DNA from: Bacteroidota bacterium
GTDB taxonomy: Bacteria > Bacteroidota > Bacteroidia > Palsa-965
Assembly (NCBI GenBank): GCA_006218065.1
Contig: VBWE01000005.1
Span: forward strand, 50,336 to 114,335
Length of the DNA: 64,000 nt
Reading direction: 5' to 3'
The notes under the pieces were generated by a model, which was not told the DNA's origin, did no database searches, and saw only the letters and a list, made by a program, of their open reading frames with translations. Below are positions 44,642 to 53,269 of this stretch, piece after piece; the stretch's first letter is position 1, and every line of letters begins with the position of its first letter. Made by a program: the position numbers and the translations under genes.

Positions 44642-45829
44642 ATGCTTGCCTCTGCGCAGGCCGTCATTACCGACACCGTTTCACTCGGGGCCGGTTATGC
44701 CAACCAGGTTTGGTACAGTTTAGCCAACGATAACCAGGGCAGCGCGCCGAAAAACAACTGGGATATCGCTTTCGACTGTTCCACCTACGGATCATCTATC
44801 CTGATCAATTCGGTTACAGGGACTAAGCTCTGGGTATATCCCGGCGACAGCGCGAACTGGACTACGCTCGATACTACGGGCATGGCCGCAGGCTGGACCA
44901 GCAACTACAATTCGGATACATCCTGGGCGCTCGGCGCATTCAGCCAGGGCGCAAGTTCGCAGTTCGATCTCGGCTGGGGAATTTATAACCCGGTTACGCA
45001 TTATGTAGACGGCGATTCGCTTTACGTGCTCAAACTGGCAAACAACAGTTTCCGGAAAATCCGCATCATCCAACTGGCCAACGGCAGCTTTACGTTCCGC
45101 TACGCCATGCTCGACAACAGCGGCGATCAAACCGTTCAGTTGATGAAATCGAACTACGCGGGAAAAAATTTCGCGTACTACTCGCTGCAGAACAGCGCCG
45201 CCCTCGACCGTGAACCGGTTGCGGCGAACTGGGATTTGCTTTTCACGCAATACACCGCTTTTATTCCGCAGCCGTATACCGTTGCCGGCGTACTTTCCAA
45301 CATCGGCGTTACTGTTGCCGATGCGCGCCCGGTGGATGTGAATACCGTTTCGCATACCTCGTACATCTTCATCACGCCGATGAATGAGATCGGTTACGAC
45401 TGGAAAGCCTTCGTGAGTAGCGCCTGGGTGATCGAAGATTCGCTCGTGTATTTCGTGCAGACTGTCGCCGGCGATATCTGGAAAATGATCTTCACCGGTT
45501 TCGGCGGAAGTTCCAGCGGCAATTACATTTTCACCAAGCAACTGGTAAGTGCAGCGGGCCTGGAAGAAAACAGCAACCCGGTGAGCATGACCGTTTATCC
45601 GAATCCCGCTTCGAACGGGCAGGTCAATATCCTGTTATCAGCAATTGAAAACACAACATCCGTGATGACGATTACCGACATCACCGGTCAGCTCGTTCAC
45701 CGTGAACAGGTGCAGGGACAAGGCCTTCAGCAGATCGTGATCGGTACGGGAACCTGGGCAAGCGGCGTGTATTTCGTTACCGTTTCATCCGGCGGGTTTT
45801 CCCGGACACAGAAACTGATCATCCGTTAA
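44642..45829 (+). CDS. HmuY-like protein with a T9SS C-terminal sorting domain (5' end possibly frameshifted)
   Basis: 395 aa. NNWDIAFD matches the HmuY-type motif also seen in the 49970 gene (SNWDLGFE). The C-terminus VYPNPASNGQVNI...GVYFVTVSSGGFSRTQKLII is a T9SS CTD. The signal-peptide h-region lies upstream of the first in-frame ATG. Confidence 0.7.
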   Translation: MLASAQAVITDTVSLGAGYANQVWYSLANDNQGSAPKNNWDIAFDCSTYGSSILINSVTGTKLWVYPGDSANWTTLDTTGMAAGWTSNYNSDTSWALGAFSQGASSQFDLGWGIYNPVTHYVDGDSLYVLKLANNSFRKIRIIQLANGSFTFRYAMLDNSGDQTVQLMKSNYAGKNFAYYSLQNSAALDREPVAANWDLLFTQYTAFIPQPYTVAGVLSNIGVTVADARPVDVNTVSHTSYIFITPMNEIGYDWKAFVSSAWVIEDSLVYFVQTVAGDIWKMIFTGFGGSSSGNYIFTKQLVSAAGLEENSNPVSMTVYPNPASNGQVNILLSAIENTTSVMTITDITGQLVHREQVQGQGLQQIVIGTGTWASGVYFVTVSSGGFSRTQKLIIR

Positions 45830-45844
45830 AAAACATAACGACAC

Positions 45845-46792
45845 ATGAAAACACGCCTGATCATTATGCTTGCCCTGGTGTTCGCCGGCCTTACAGGTTT
45901 CATCAGTTCCTGCAAAGACAGTACGGCAAATCCTGCGGGTGCTGCCGGTGCAAAACAAAAAACCGGCGTATTGCTGGTGAATCACGGTTCACGTTCGGCT
46001 ACCTGGCGCCAGGCTTTGCTGGACCTCGAAGCTTCCGCAAAAGATTCGATACTGGCCGGGGGTGACGTACACGGCGTAAAAACGGCGTTTATGGAATACA
46101 ATGAACCGTCGATCGCCACGCGCCTGAAAGAGTTCGACGCCGAAGGATGTACGGATGTGATCATCGTTCCCGTATTCCTTACCGTCAGCCCGCACTCCTT
46201 CGATGACATTCCCACCATCATCGGCCAGAAAGAAGATCCGCAGTCCATGGAAGTACTGAAAATCGAAAAGATCGAACGGTACACGCCGAAAGCGAAAACG
46301 CATATCACGCCGCTGCTCGATTTCACCGACATCGTGCAGAAAAATATTTTGCGCCGGGTGAAAGCGATTTCAAAAGACACGGCAAACGAAGGACTCGTCA
46401 TGATCGCATACGGCGATGAAACATATACGAAAGAATGGTCGGCTCTCCTGAACGGCGTGGGCGAATATGTAAAAGCCAATGCCGGGATAAACGCGCATGC
46501 GCACGGCTGGTGCGGGCATATCGCGCATTACAATCCCGATTCCACGACCGTGGCCATCAACCGCGTGCTCAGCAAAAAACCGAAAGCGATCGTCGTTCCC
46601 GTGCTGGTTGCACACGATGAAATGTTCCAGGTGAAAATTATCGGCGACGGGATCAACAAGATTGAGAACGTTGCGGAGAAAATCACTTATAAACCGGATG
46701 CAATTCTCCCTGATCCGAATGTCACGAATTGGGTAATCAATATCTCGAGAGAATATGTCATGAAAGTGCAGAACCGCACGGCGCAGAAGTAA
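45845..46792 (+). CDS. CbiK/CbiX-like class II chelatase-fold lipoprotein
   Basis: 315 aa with the lipoprotein signal LALVFAGLTGFISSC and two chelatase-like halves (GVLLVNHGSRS..., GLVMIAYGDE...). Confidence 0.6.
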   Translation: MKTRLIIMLALVFAGLTGFISSCKDSTANPAGAAGAKQKTGVLLVNHGSRSATWRQALLDLEASAKDSILAGGDVHGVKTAFMEYNEPSIATRLKEFDAEGCTDVIIVPVFLTVSPHSFDDIPTIIGQKEDPQSMEVLKIEKIERYTPKAKTHITPLLDFTDIVQKNILRRVKAISKDTANEGLVMIAYGDETYTKEWSALLNGVGEYVKANAGINAHAHGWCGHIAHYNPDSTTVAINRVLSKKPKAIVVPVLVAHDEMFQVKIIGDGINKIENVAEKITYKPDAILPDPNVTNWVINISREYVMKVQNRTAQK

Positions 46793-46793
46793 T

Positions 46794-47366
46794 ATGGGAA
46801 AGTGGCAGATGAAAAATATCCGTAGCCTGAACGTAGCGGCACACCGCGACTTCGGCTATTTTTTTTCTTCGCTGATTATCGTGTATTGCCTGTCGGGAAT
46901 TGCGCTGAACCATGTGAACGACTGGAACCCGGATTTCATCATCACGAAGGAAAATGTATCGCTCGGGAAAACGTACACCAAAGAACAGGTTACGCGCGAG
47001 GTGATCCTCGGCTTCGGGAAAAAAGTCGGTGAAACGAATTTTAAAGTCTTCGATTTCCCGACGAACAACCAGGTTAAAATTTATTACGACAACGCCTCGC
47101 TTCACCTGAACCTGGAAAGCGGGACGGGTGTGTACGAAAATGTTTCGCGCAGGCCGGTTTTTTACCAGGCCAACGTAATTCACCGCAACAGCCTGAACGG
47201 ATGGAAATGGGCTTCGGACATTTTCGCCCTGATGCTGATCGCGATCAACATCACCGGTCTTTTTATCCTGAAAGGGAAATACGGCTTGAAAGGCCGCGGT
47301 AAATGGCTGATCGCCGCCGGAACGGTTCCGCCGCTGGTCGCCATTCTCCTCATGGAATTCCTTTGA
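46794..47366 (+). CDS. PepSY-associated TM-helix family membrane protein
   Basis: 190 aa. AHRDFGYFFSSLIIVYCLSGIALNH is at the N-terminus and a second TM pair lies near the C-terminus. Confidence 0.6.
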   Translation: MGKWQMKNIRSLNVAAHRDFGYFFSSLIIVYCLSGIALNHVNDWNPDFIITKENVSLGKTYTKEQVTREVILGFGKKVGETNFKVFDFPTNNQVKIYYDNASLHLNLESGTGVYENVSRRPVFYQANVIHRNSLNGWKWASDIFALMLIAINITGLFILKGKYGLKGRGKWLIAAGTVPPLVAILLMEFL

Positions 47367-47377
47367 TAAAAAACGGC

Positions 47378-47701
47378 ATGTATAAACTGGCAGAAAAATA
47401 CGATGAACTCCTCCGGCAATACCGGTTCCGGTCGCACAAACTGCGGCTGCTGGTTCTTCGTACGCTCTGCATGCATACCGATTTTACCGACGTCGCCGGA
47501 TTGTGGCAATTACTCGCGGATTCCGGTATTGAATCGGAAAAAGAAAAACTGCGGATGATCATCAAACGCCTGCATGAAACCGGTTTCCTGGAACGAAAGA
47601 AAGTCAGCGGGAAGAATAAATTTCTTTTCCGGCTGCGGCCTTACGAAGACTTGCTGAAAGAATCGACCACCTGGGGAAAAAGCAAAAATGACATCGAGTA
47701 A
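47378..47701 (+). CDS. Fur-like winged-helix DNA-binding protein lacking the metal-binding/dimerisation domain
   Basis: The ATG at 47378 gives 107 aa. RSHKLRLLVLRTLCMHTDFTDVAGLWQLL....LRMIIKRLHETGFLERK resembles the Fur N-terminal wHTH. There are no His/Cys clusters. Confidence 0.55.
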   Translation: MYKLAEKYDELLRQYRFRSHKLRLLVLRTLCMHTDFTDVAGLWQLLADSGIESEKEKLRMIIKRLHETGFLERKKVSGKNKFLFRLRPYEDLLKESTTWGKSKNDIE

Positions 47702-49973
47702 ACATCATATGATCCGGCCGCAGCTTCTTTTTTCCCTCGCTGTTTTCCTGCTCATCAGCCGGCTTACCGCTGCGCAGGAAATCGTGGTGCGGGATGCGTA
47801 TACCGGCGAAAAACTACAGGGTGCGCTGGTTTCACTTCAATCGGCCGCAACTGCGGAAACCCGGCGGCAGTTTTCAGACGCCGACGGAAAAGTCGTTTTT
47901 ACCGCCGCCGGGAAGCAGGTACTTTCGGTGCGCTTTACCGGCTATCATACCTACCGCGATACACTGGAAAACGGAATGGAAAAATTCACCGCACGGCTCC
48001 TGCCCGCCATCGACAGCATGCCGGTGGTTGTAGTTACCGCGCAGTACGGTGCGGCCGATCCGGATGAAGCCGTGCAGCAGGTGAAAATCATTTCGCGCGA
48101 AAAGATCGACGCGCGCGGTGCGCAGAATTTACGTGAACTGCTGAACAGCGAAACCAATATCCGCATCGCGCAGGACCAGGTACTCGGCAGCAGCATGAGC
48201 CTCCAGGGACTGTCGGGTGAAAACGTCAAAATACTGATCGACGGCGTTCCGGTGATCGGGCGGCTCAACGGGAATATCGATCTCTCGCAGATCAACCTGG
48301 GCAACGTGGAGCGGATCGAGATCGTGGAAGGTCCGCTTTCGGTGAACTACGGCACCAATGCGCTGGCCGGCGCGGTGAATCTTATTTCAAAACGCACGCA
48401 GGCTTCGCCGTTTTCCATCCAGTCGGATAATTACTACGAGAGTTCGGGAAACTATAATTTCACCGGGCGCACCGGCGGGCGTTTAAAACGTTCCATGGTC
48501 TCGCTTTCCGGCGGAAGAAATTTTTTCGACGGATGGTCCGCCGCGCACGATCCGTTTTACGTGGACTGGCAACCCATCGCCGATTCCACCCGTTTCGACG
48601 AGTGGAAACCGCGGGAGCAGAAATTCGCCACGTTTTACTTCTGCCGTTATTTCGATCGCGCATCGCTCGGGCTGACAGCCGATGTTTTCCGTGAACAGAT
48701 CGTGAACCGCGGATTGCCCCGCGCACCGTATGGCGAAAGTGCTTTTGATGATTATTACCGGACCGCGCGCCGGTCGCTTGTGCTGAATTACAAACACCGG
48801 CTTTCATCGAAATACAATTTCAGCACAACGGCGAGCGCGGGATTTTTCGGGCGGATCAAGAATAGGTATTTCCGTGATCTCACGACTTTGCAGGATCAGC
48901 TCGTGAGCGACGCGGGGCAACAGGATACTTCCGTTTTTTCGCTCTTCATGTTCCGCCCGGTAATCACGCGCAGCGCCGATTCGCTCCGTTTCCGTTTCGA
49001 AGCCGGCCTCGATATGAATTACGAAACCGCCTCCGGTCTGCGCATCGAAGGAAGAGAAAAACAGATCGGCGATTACGCCGCTTACGCTTCCGCAGAATAT
49101 AAGGTGTATAAAAAACTGGCGCTTCGTCCCGGCCTGCGTTATTCCTGGAATTCGGTTTTCAAAACCTCCCCCGTTCCTTCGCTCAGTCTTCGTTACGAAG
49201 CGACTGATCGCTGGACGCTGCGCGCTTCCTATGCGCGGGGATTCCGTGCGCCGGCGCTGAAAGAACTGTATTTCTACTTCGTCGATATCAACCATAATAT
49301 TCTTGGAAACACCGCGCTTCTGCCCGAAGAATCGGATAATGCGCAGGTCTCGTTCACGTATAAAAAAGCGGGCAAATCAAATGCATGGCGGCTGAATTTT
49401 TCCGGTTTTTACAACGACATGCACAACATGATCACGCTCGCCTTAGTGACCGGAACGGAATACAGTTATATCAATATCGGGCGGTATAAAACCACGGGAG
49501 GCGGCATGAATGTTGCGCTGCAGCGGAAACAGGTACAGGTTTCTGCGGGCGCACTTTATGCCGGGCGGTACAATGAACTGTCTGCCGAAAATGATGTCCC
49601 GGTATTCAGCTGGTCGCCGGAACTGAACGGTAGTTTCGACTGGAAGATCGCGAAGACGGAACTGATGCTCGCCGGTTTTTACAAATACACCGGCCGCCTG
49701 CCCGGCTATACGATCAATGCTGCCGGCGAAACGGAACTGCTGCGCATGAACGATTATCACACCGCCGATCTTACTTTGTCGCGACGCTGGTGGGAAAAAC
49801 GGCTGATGACCGAAATCGGGCTGCGCAACCTGTTCGACGTGAAAAACGTAGCCTCGTCGATCAGCAGCGGAAATGCACACAATGCTTCCGGAAGCAGCGC
49901 ACCAATCGCCACCGGGCGCCAGTATTTTTTCCGCGTGCTCTGGGATCTCTCGTTTGAAAAAAAGAAGTCATGA
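47688..49973 (+). CDS. TonB-dependent receptor (HmuR-like)
   Basis: 761 aa with a signal peptide, a carboxypeptidase-regulatory-like N-domain, a plug (VEGPLSVNYGTNALAGAVNLISK) and a barrel ending in an aromatic-rich C-terminus. Confidence 0.9.
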   Translation: MTSSKHHMIRPQLLFSLAVFLLISRLTAAQEIVVRDAYTGEKLQGALVSLQSAATAETRRQFSDADGKVVFTAAGKQVLSVRFTGYHTYRDTLENGMEKFTARLLPAIDSMPVVVVTAQYGAADPDEAVQQVKIISREKIDARGAQNLRELLNSETNIRIAQDQVLGSSMSLQGLSGENVKILIDGVPVIGRLNGNIDLSQINLGNVERIEIVEGPLSVNYGTNALAGAVNLISKRTQASPFSIQSDNYYESSGNYNFTGRTGGRLKRSMVSLSGGRNFFDGWSAAHDPFYVDWQPIADSTRFDEWKPREQKFATFYFCRYFDRASLGLTADVFREQIVNRGLPRAPYGESAFDDYYRTARRSLVLNYKHRLSSKYNFSTTASAGFFGRIKNRYFRDLTTLQDQLVSDAGQQDTSVFSLFMFRPVITRSADSLRFRFEAGLDMNYETASGLRIEGREKQIGDYAAYASAEYKVYKKLALRPGLRYSWNSVFKTSPVPSLSLRYEATDRWTLRASYARGFRAPALKELYFYFVDINHNILGNTALLPEESDNAQVSFTYKKAGKSNAWRLNFSGFYNDMHNMITLALVTGTEYSYINIGRYKTTGGGMNVALQRKQVQVSAGALYAGRYNELSAENDVPVFSWSPELNGSFDWKIAKTELMLAGFYKYTGRLPGYTINAAGETELLRMNDYHTADLTLSRRWWEKRLMTEIGLRNLFDVKNVASSISSGNAHNASGSSAPIATGRQYFFRVLWDLSFEKKKS

Positions 49974-50935
49974 AAAAAACTGTCGCCGCAGTCGCCGTTT
50001 TATTGCTGCTTGCTTCCTGCGAGAAAGCCGAACTGCCCGTTCCCGCGCACGATCCCGGCACGGTGATCACGAATACCGTGAACATGGAGATCAATTACAA
50101 ATGGCAGATTTATTTCGACCTCGGAACGAACAGCGTGGTCGGGCAAAACCTGAAAAGCAACTGGGATCTCGGTTTTGAAACGTCGGCAAACGGTTTTCAC
50201 GTGGTGCTCAATTCCGCCAAAGCGATGTATGCGCTGAACAGTGGCGATACGGTTTTTGCGCAGGTAACGGATACCGCCGGGTTCGCGTTCGGCAAGCGCT
50301 GGGATGAAGCTTCCGGCAATTTCGATTCAACCGCTGTCGGCGACTGGACAACGGTGCGCCCGGTGTACATCATCGACCGCGGGTATAATGAAAACGGCCA
50401 GCACCAGGGATTCCGGAAACTGCGGATCGAAAGCGGCGACGCGGTTTCTTATACGATCCGCTTCGCAGCGATGAACGGTTCGGGCGAAACCGTACTGACC
50501 GTTCCGAAAGACAGCGCGTATAATTTCACGTTTGTTTCGATGAGCGGCAGCGGGCAGATCGTGCAGGCGGAACCGCCGAAAGCCGACTGGGATATTGTAT
50601 TTACGCAGTTCACGCATATTTTTTACAACCCCACCACGCCGTACCTCGTTACGGGCTGCTTGCTGAATCGCCATACTACTGCGGCTGCGCGCGACAGTAC
50701 CCGTGATTTCAGTGAAATTACTTTGGGAGATACGGGTAACTATGTTTTCTCAGGCGCGATCAACACCGTCGGTTACGACTGGAAAAGTTTTTCCGGCAGC
50801 ACGTATGTCACGCATCCCGAAAAGAATTTCATCATCCGCGACCGCGAAGGATTTTATTACAAGCTGCATTTCATCGACTTCTACGACCAGGCGGGGAATA
50901 AAGGAAACCCGAAGTGGGAGTTTCAGCGGCTTTAA
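49970..50935 (+). CDS. HmuY-family lipoprotein
   Basis: 321 aa with the lipoprotein signal VAVLLLLASC. It has SNWDLGFE and GYDWKSF (the paralogue has IGYDWKAF). An ATGA overlap links it to the receptor gene. Confidence 0.75.
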   Translation: MKKTVAAVAVLLLLASCEKAELPVPAHDPGTVITNTVNMEINYKWQIYFDLGTNSVVGQNLKSNWDLGFETSANGFHVVLNSAKAMYALNSGDTVFAQVTDTAGFAFGKRWDEASGNFDSTAVGDWTTVRPVYIIDRGYNENGQHQGFRKLRIESGDAVSYTIRFAAMNGSGETVLTVPKDSAYNFTFVSMSGSGQIVQAEPPKADWDIVFTQFTHIFYNPTTPYLVTGCLLNRHTTAAARDSTRDFSEITLGDTGNYVFSGAINTVGYDWKSFSGSTYVTHPEKNFIIRDREGFYYKLHFIDFYDQAGNKGNPKWEFQRL

Positions 50936-50941
50936 TAGTTG

Positions 50942-51185
50942 TTTAAAATTCCTCCGCGTACCTGTTACAAAACCAGGAACCGCTAACATCGGAATAGTTT
51001 TTACGAAGCGGCAGCCGGCAGCGGCAGCATGCAGTCTCCGATTTACAGCAATGTCCCCGGAAAATCCAGGCAACATGCGAAGCGTACTCCGTTGACTGCC
51101 TCCTGCCACTGCCTCCTGCCGCTGAATCTACTCCGACGTATAGCAACAGTTTTCCTGTAAAACGGCTCACCGGAAGAGTTTTAAA
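50942..51185 (+). mobile_element. MITE-like nested palindromic element, copy B
   Basis: Same orientation as copy A. The first ~80 nt differ from A by about 4 substitutions and one 1-nt indel (hand alignment). The right end is ...GGAAGAGTTTTAAA. Confidence 0.6.
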
Positions 51186-51214
51186 CAGTTCCTAAAATCG
51201 TATCTTCGTTCGCA

Positions 51215-52330
51215 GTGAAATTCCTGCGACTTCTTGCCTTTCCATTTGCAGTACTATTCGGTCTTATCGTCAGGCTGCGCAATAAACTTTTCGATCTCGG
51301 CGTGCTGCCCGTGCGCGAGCATAATGACATTGCGCTGATCGGCGTGGGTAACCTGAGCGCGGGCGGAACGGGAAAAACGCCGCACGTGGAATACCTCGTG
51401 CGCCTGCTCCGGGCCAAATATAAAATCGGTACGCTGAGCCGCGGCTACGGGCGTAAAACGTCGGGATTCGTGCTCGCGCAGGAAAACGCGACAACGCTGG
51501 ACATCGGCGACGAACCGAAACAGTTCCGTCACCGTTTTCCTTCCACCATTCCCGTTGCCGTTGACGGGAACCGCAACCGCGGAGTAAAAAAATTACGGGA
51601 ACATTTTTCTGATCTCGAAGTCATCGTGCTCGACGACGTATTCCAGCACCGCAGGATCAAGCCGGGCCTGAACATCCTGCTCACGGATTACGCACAACTG
51701 TATTATACCGACCAGATGCTGCCCACCGGCAACCTGCGCGAACCGAAAGGCGGAGTAAAGCGCGCCGACATCATCGTGGTAACAAAAACGCCCGCCATGT
51801 TTTCGCCGCTGGAGCGCAAACGCATCATCAAAGAAATCAATCCACAGCCGTACCAGAAAGTTTATTTCTCGTACATCCGTTACGGCGATTTTTTCCCTTT
51901 CGGCGACAAGCCCGACAAGCGGCTGATCAGCAAGGAATATTATTTCGACCGCAATTATTCCATCGTGCTGCTTACCGGGATCGCCAATTCGCATTCGCTC
52001 GAATACTTTCTGAAAGACAAGGTGAAGCAGCTGATCCCGTTCCGTTTCAAAGATCACCACGAATTCAGTCCGAACGACCTGGTGCGTCTTCGCGAAATTT
52101 TTGATAGTATTGCGGGCGAAAATAAAATCATACTAACTACCGAAAAAGACGCGATGCGGCTTGAAAAGCCGGGATTGAAAGACCTGATAAGCGAATTGCC
52201 GCTTTTCTATATCCCGATCGAAATAGCTTTTCACGACAAGGACGCGGAAGAATTCGACCAACAAATCCTCGATTATGTACGATCAAATCAAAGCCACCGC
52301 CGCCTTCATAAAGGAGAAAACGCAGTTTAA
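51215..52330 (+). CDS. lpxK: Tetraacyldisaccharide 4'-kinase
   Basis: 371 aa with a GTG start and the P-loop VGNLSAGGTGKTP. Confidence 0.9.
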   Translation: MKFLRLLAFPFAVLFGLIVRLRNKLFDLGVLPVREHNDIALIGVGNLSAGGTGKTPHVEYLVRLLRAKYKIGTLSRGYGRKTSGFVLAQENATTLDIGDEPKQFRHRFPSTIPVAVDGNRNRGVKKLREHFSDLEVIVLDDVFQHRRIKPGLNILLTDYAQLYYTDQMLPTGNLREPKGGVKRADIIVVTKTPAMFSPLERKRIIKEINPQPYQKVYFSYIRYGDFFPFGDKPDKRLISKEYYFDRNYSIVLLTGIANSHSLEYFLKDKVKQLIPFRFKDHHEFSPNDLVRLREIFDSIAGENKIILTTEKDAMRLEKPGLKDLISELPLFYIPIEIAFHDKDAEEFDQQILDYVRSNQSHRRLHKGENAV

Positions 52331-53087
52331 CCCGGAAATCGGGATCGTGCTCGGCACCGGGCTCGGCGGGCTTGTGCAGGAAATCGACATCGCACATACG
52401 CTTCCTTACGAGGCCATTCCGAATTTCCCGCTTTCCACGGTCGAAGGACATACCGGGCAGCTCATTTTCGGAAAACTCGGCGGGAAAAACGTGGTGGCGA
52501 TGAAAGGCCGCTTCCACTTCTACGAAGGTTATACCATGCAGCAGGTTGTTTTTCCCATCCGCGTGATGAAACTGCTCGGCATTACGCACCTCATCGTATC
52601 CAACGCCAGCGGCGGCGTGAATCCCTATTTCGAAATCGGCGACCTGATGATCATCACCGATCATATCAACATGCTGCCCGGCAACCCGCTTATCGGGAAA
52701 AACATGACGGAATTCGGCCCGCGTTTTCCCGACATGAGCGAAGCCTACGACAAAGCCTTGGTCACGCTGGCCAAAGAAGTTGCGGAAGAAAACAAGATCA
52801 GCGTGCAGGAAGGCGTTTACCTCGCACTTTCCGGTCCGACCTTTGAAACACCCGCGGAATACCGCATGGTACGCGTACTCGGCGCCGACACGGTAGGCAT
52901 GAGCACCGTTCCCGAAGTCATCGCTGCGAAGCATGCGGGACTTAAATGCTTCGGTATTTCCATCATCACCGACCTCGGCGTACCCGGGAAAATCGTCGAA
53001 GTTACCCACGCCGATGTCCAGCACGTAGCCGCGCTGGCGGAGAAAAAAATGACGGTGATTATTAAGGAAATGATTCGTAGGGTTTAA
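52275..53087 (+). CDS. Purine nucleoside phosphorylase (trimeric PNP-I type)
   Basis: 270 aa with GIVLGTGLGGL, EGHTGQLIFG, GRFHFYEG and VGMSTVPEV. It overlaps the lpxK 3' end by 56 nt. Confidence 0.9.
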   Translation: MYDQIKATAAFIKEKTQFNPEIGIVLGTGLGGLVQEIDIAHTLPYEAIPNFPLSTVEGHTGQLIFGKLGGKNVVAMKGRFHFYEGYTMQQVVFPIRVMKLLGITHLIVSNASGGVNPYFEIGDLMIITDHINMLPGNPLIGKNMTEFGPRFPDMSEAYDKALVTLAKEVAEENKISVQEGVYLALSGPTFETPAEYRMVRVLGADTVGMSTVPEVIAAKHAGLKCFGISIITDLGVPGKIVEVTHADVQHVAALAEKKMTVIIKEMIRRV

Positions 53088-53121
53088 AGACTGTATAACG
53101 AGTCTTCGTTATAGGGTCTTC

Positions 53122-53150
53122 GCTAGTCGACGACTAAGTCGTCGACTAGC
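53122..53150. repeat. Perfect 29-nt palindrome
   Basis: gctagtcgacgact-a-agtcgtcgactagc has 14-nt perfect arms. It is flanked by gagtcttc/ggtcttc/gagactc word repeats and lies directly after the PNP stop. Confidence 0.85.
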
Positions 53151-53269
53151 AGAGACTCATTTCCACAAGAGCCTTTTCCATCAAGTCTTCTTTCCGAAAG
53201 CATACGTAAAAGCAAACTGAAATTCGTATCTTTATCCTTAGCATCCTCGCAAATAATCCGAATCCTCGC

